Shown here in pieces: positions 63,032-64,000 of a DNA stretch of 64,000 nt (its first letter is position 1; each line of letters opens with the position of its first letter). The DNA comes from a virus. The position numbers were made by a program, and so were the translations under genes. The stretch covers positions 4,917 through 68,916 of the IMG/VR virus record IMGVR_UViG_2512047007_000001. One strand, 5' to 3'. The notes under the pieces were generated by a model. It worked only from the letters and a program-made list of their open reading frames with translations, did not search any database and had not been told where the DNA came from.

Positions 63032-63592
63032 GTGAGGAAGAGTTTCGCGCTCGCCACCGAGCCGCATGTAGCTGAGCTTCCGTCGCTCGGCCTGGAGCTC
63101 CGCTTCCTGGCCGAGGTGATGGGGGACGAGTACCTGGACGCCTACGCCGAGATGCGCGACATGCAGAAGGCGGAGACCGGTGTGGACGTCGATGACCTGG
63201 AGGGCGCCGACGTGGAGAAGGTCAAGGCGGCGAGCAGCGGGCTCCGGGTGTTCCTGTCGCGCCTCATGCTGCCGGAGTCGGCGGCGCTCATCACGCGCGT
63301 GGACGTCGTACGCGGCGAGAAGGTCGTGAACTCCTTCCAGTCGTGGGACGAGGCGAAGGCCCACGCGGAGAAGGTCAAGGGCGGCGGCCGGCCGGTGTGG
63401 GCGCTACGCCTCCCGGACCGCGTCCTGGTCGAGCTCCTGGAGTGGACCGTGGAGCTCTACACGGGGGGCCGCCGCCCTCCTACGTCGTCTGGCGGCTCCT
63501 CGACGGCCTCGCGCAAGGGTGGGACGCGTGGGACGGGCACCTCGCGCTCCAAGGGGTCGACCCGCACGGCTGGCCGCTCCGCCGCCTCCTGA
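63032..63592 (+). CDS. Tail assembly chaperone (gpG)
   Basis: Position; ends with RPPTSSGGSS after a slippery site. Confidence 0.75.
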   Translation: MRKSFALATEPHVAELPSLGLELRFLAEVMGDEYLDAYAEMRDMQKAETGVDVDDLEGADVEKVKAASSGLRVFLSRLMLPESAALITRVDVVRGEKVVNSFQSWDEAKAHAEKVKGGGRPVWALRLPDRVLVELLEWTVELYTGGRRPPTSSGGSSTASRKGGTRGTGTSRSKGSTRTAGRSAAS

Positions 63593-63888
63593 ACGCGGCT
63601 GAGGCACACATCCTCGCGTCGGCCGAGGACGAGGCGGCCCAGGAACGCATCCGGACGGACCTCTACGCGCCTGCGGGCGGCACGGGGCGCCGCCGGGTCG
63701 GGGCGACCCGTCCGGCCCGTAGGGACGCCGACGACGGCCCCGGGGCCGGGGCCGGGGCCGGAGCCGGGGTGGCGGCGGAGCGCCGGGCGCCGGCGGGGCC
63801 GGGTGGCGGGATGGCGCTGGGGCAGGCGCAGGCCCTCATGGCGCAGCTCGCGGCCGAGGAGCAGCGGTTCGCGGGCCCGCGTCGGTGA
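63466..63888 (+). CDS. Tail assembly chaperone gpT portion (-1 frameshift extension)
   Basis: G GGG GGC heptamer at 63463-63469; overlapping -1 ORF with WPLRRLLNAAE. Confidence 0.65.
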   Translation, partial: GPPPSYVVWRLLDGLAQGWDAWDGHLALQGVDPHGWPLRRLLNAAEAHILASAEDEAAQERIRTDLYAPAGGTGRRRVGATRPARRDADDGPGAGAGAGAGVAAERRAPAGPGGGMALGQAQALMAQLAAEEQRFAGPRR

Positions 63889-63898
63889 CCCGTCCACC

Positions 63899-63955
63899 GG
63901 CTAACCTGAGCGTGACCGGCCGTCGTGCCGGTCACGCCGCTGGTTCTGGGCCGGG
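63899..63955 (+). promoter_or_regulatory. Late promoter, 10-bp hairpin and leader motif, upstream of the presumed tape measure gene
   Basis: GGCTAACCT; CGTGACCGGC/GCCGGTCACG; GCTGGTTCTGGGCCGGG (63939). Confidence 0.7.
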
Positions 63956-64000
63956 CGACCGTCACGAGTTCCGTGAGGTTGCCCGGTGGCTAGCGAAGAG

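Larger units (their letters stand above)
1..64000 (+). mobile_element. Temperate phage/prophage segment (Streptomyces-type siphovirus); both ends lie outside the window
   Basis: Co-oriented genes, many with overlapping stop/start codons; recombination, replication, terminase, portal, capsid and tail modules in canonical order. Confidence 0.95.

Overview
The whole window is a high-GC actinobacterial (very likely Streptomyces) siphovirus-like temperate phage or prophage segment, with almost all genes on the + strand. No integrase, att site or endolysin is visible, so prophage versus free phage cannot be decided. Layout: recombination/replication (YqaJ exonuclease, RecT, DEDD exonuclease, RuvC-like resolvase, WhiB, HTH replication initiator with iterons; 1-8 kb); small accessory genes (8-15 kb); control region with several regulators (15-18.3 kb); membrane/secreted genes resembling plasmid spread genes plus a SapA-like protein (19-24.7 kb); early accessory operons with a PP2C phosphatase and a NERD protein (25-32 kb); a complete 7-deazaguanine (preQ0) DNA-modification cluster (ParB-like, DpdA/TGT-like, queC, queD, queE, folE; 32-36 kb); TerS/TerL, portal, MuF-2H-protease fusion, major capsid, giant Cys-rich repeat proteins, tail tube, a Stealth-family transferase and the tail chaperones (36-64 kb). 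Top observation: TerL carries a 389-aa intein with no endonuclease in its own frame. The opposite strand of the same codons encodes a 363-aa protein with three HTH repeats and a Vsr/DUF559-like endonuclease that starts and stops inside the intein's splicing blocks. Other highlights: two families of repeated leader motifs (GUCGCA-loop hairpins; GCTGGTTnTGGGCCG after GGCTAnnCT promoters), five dispersed GGGGACA clusters, an Acb1-like 2H domain in the head protein, and a Stealth enzyme in the tail module. All family assignments come from motif recognition by eye, not database searches.
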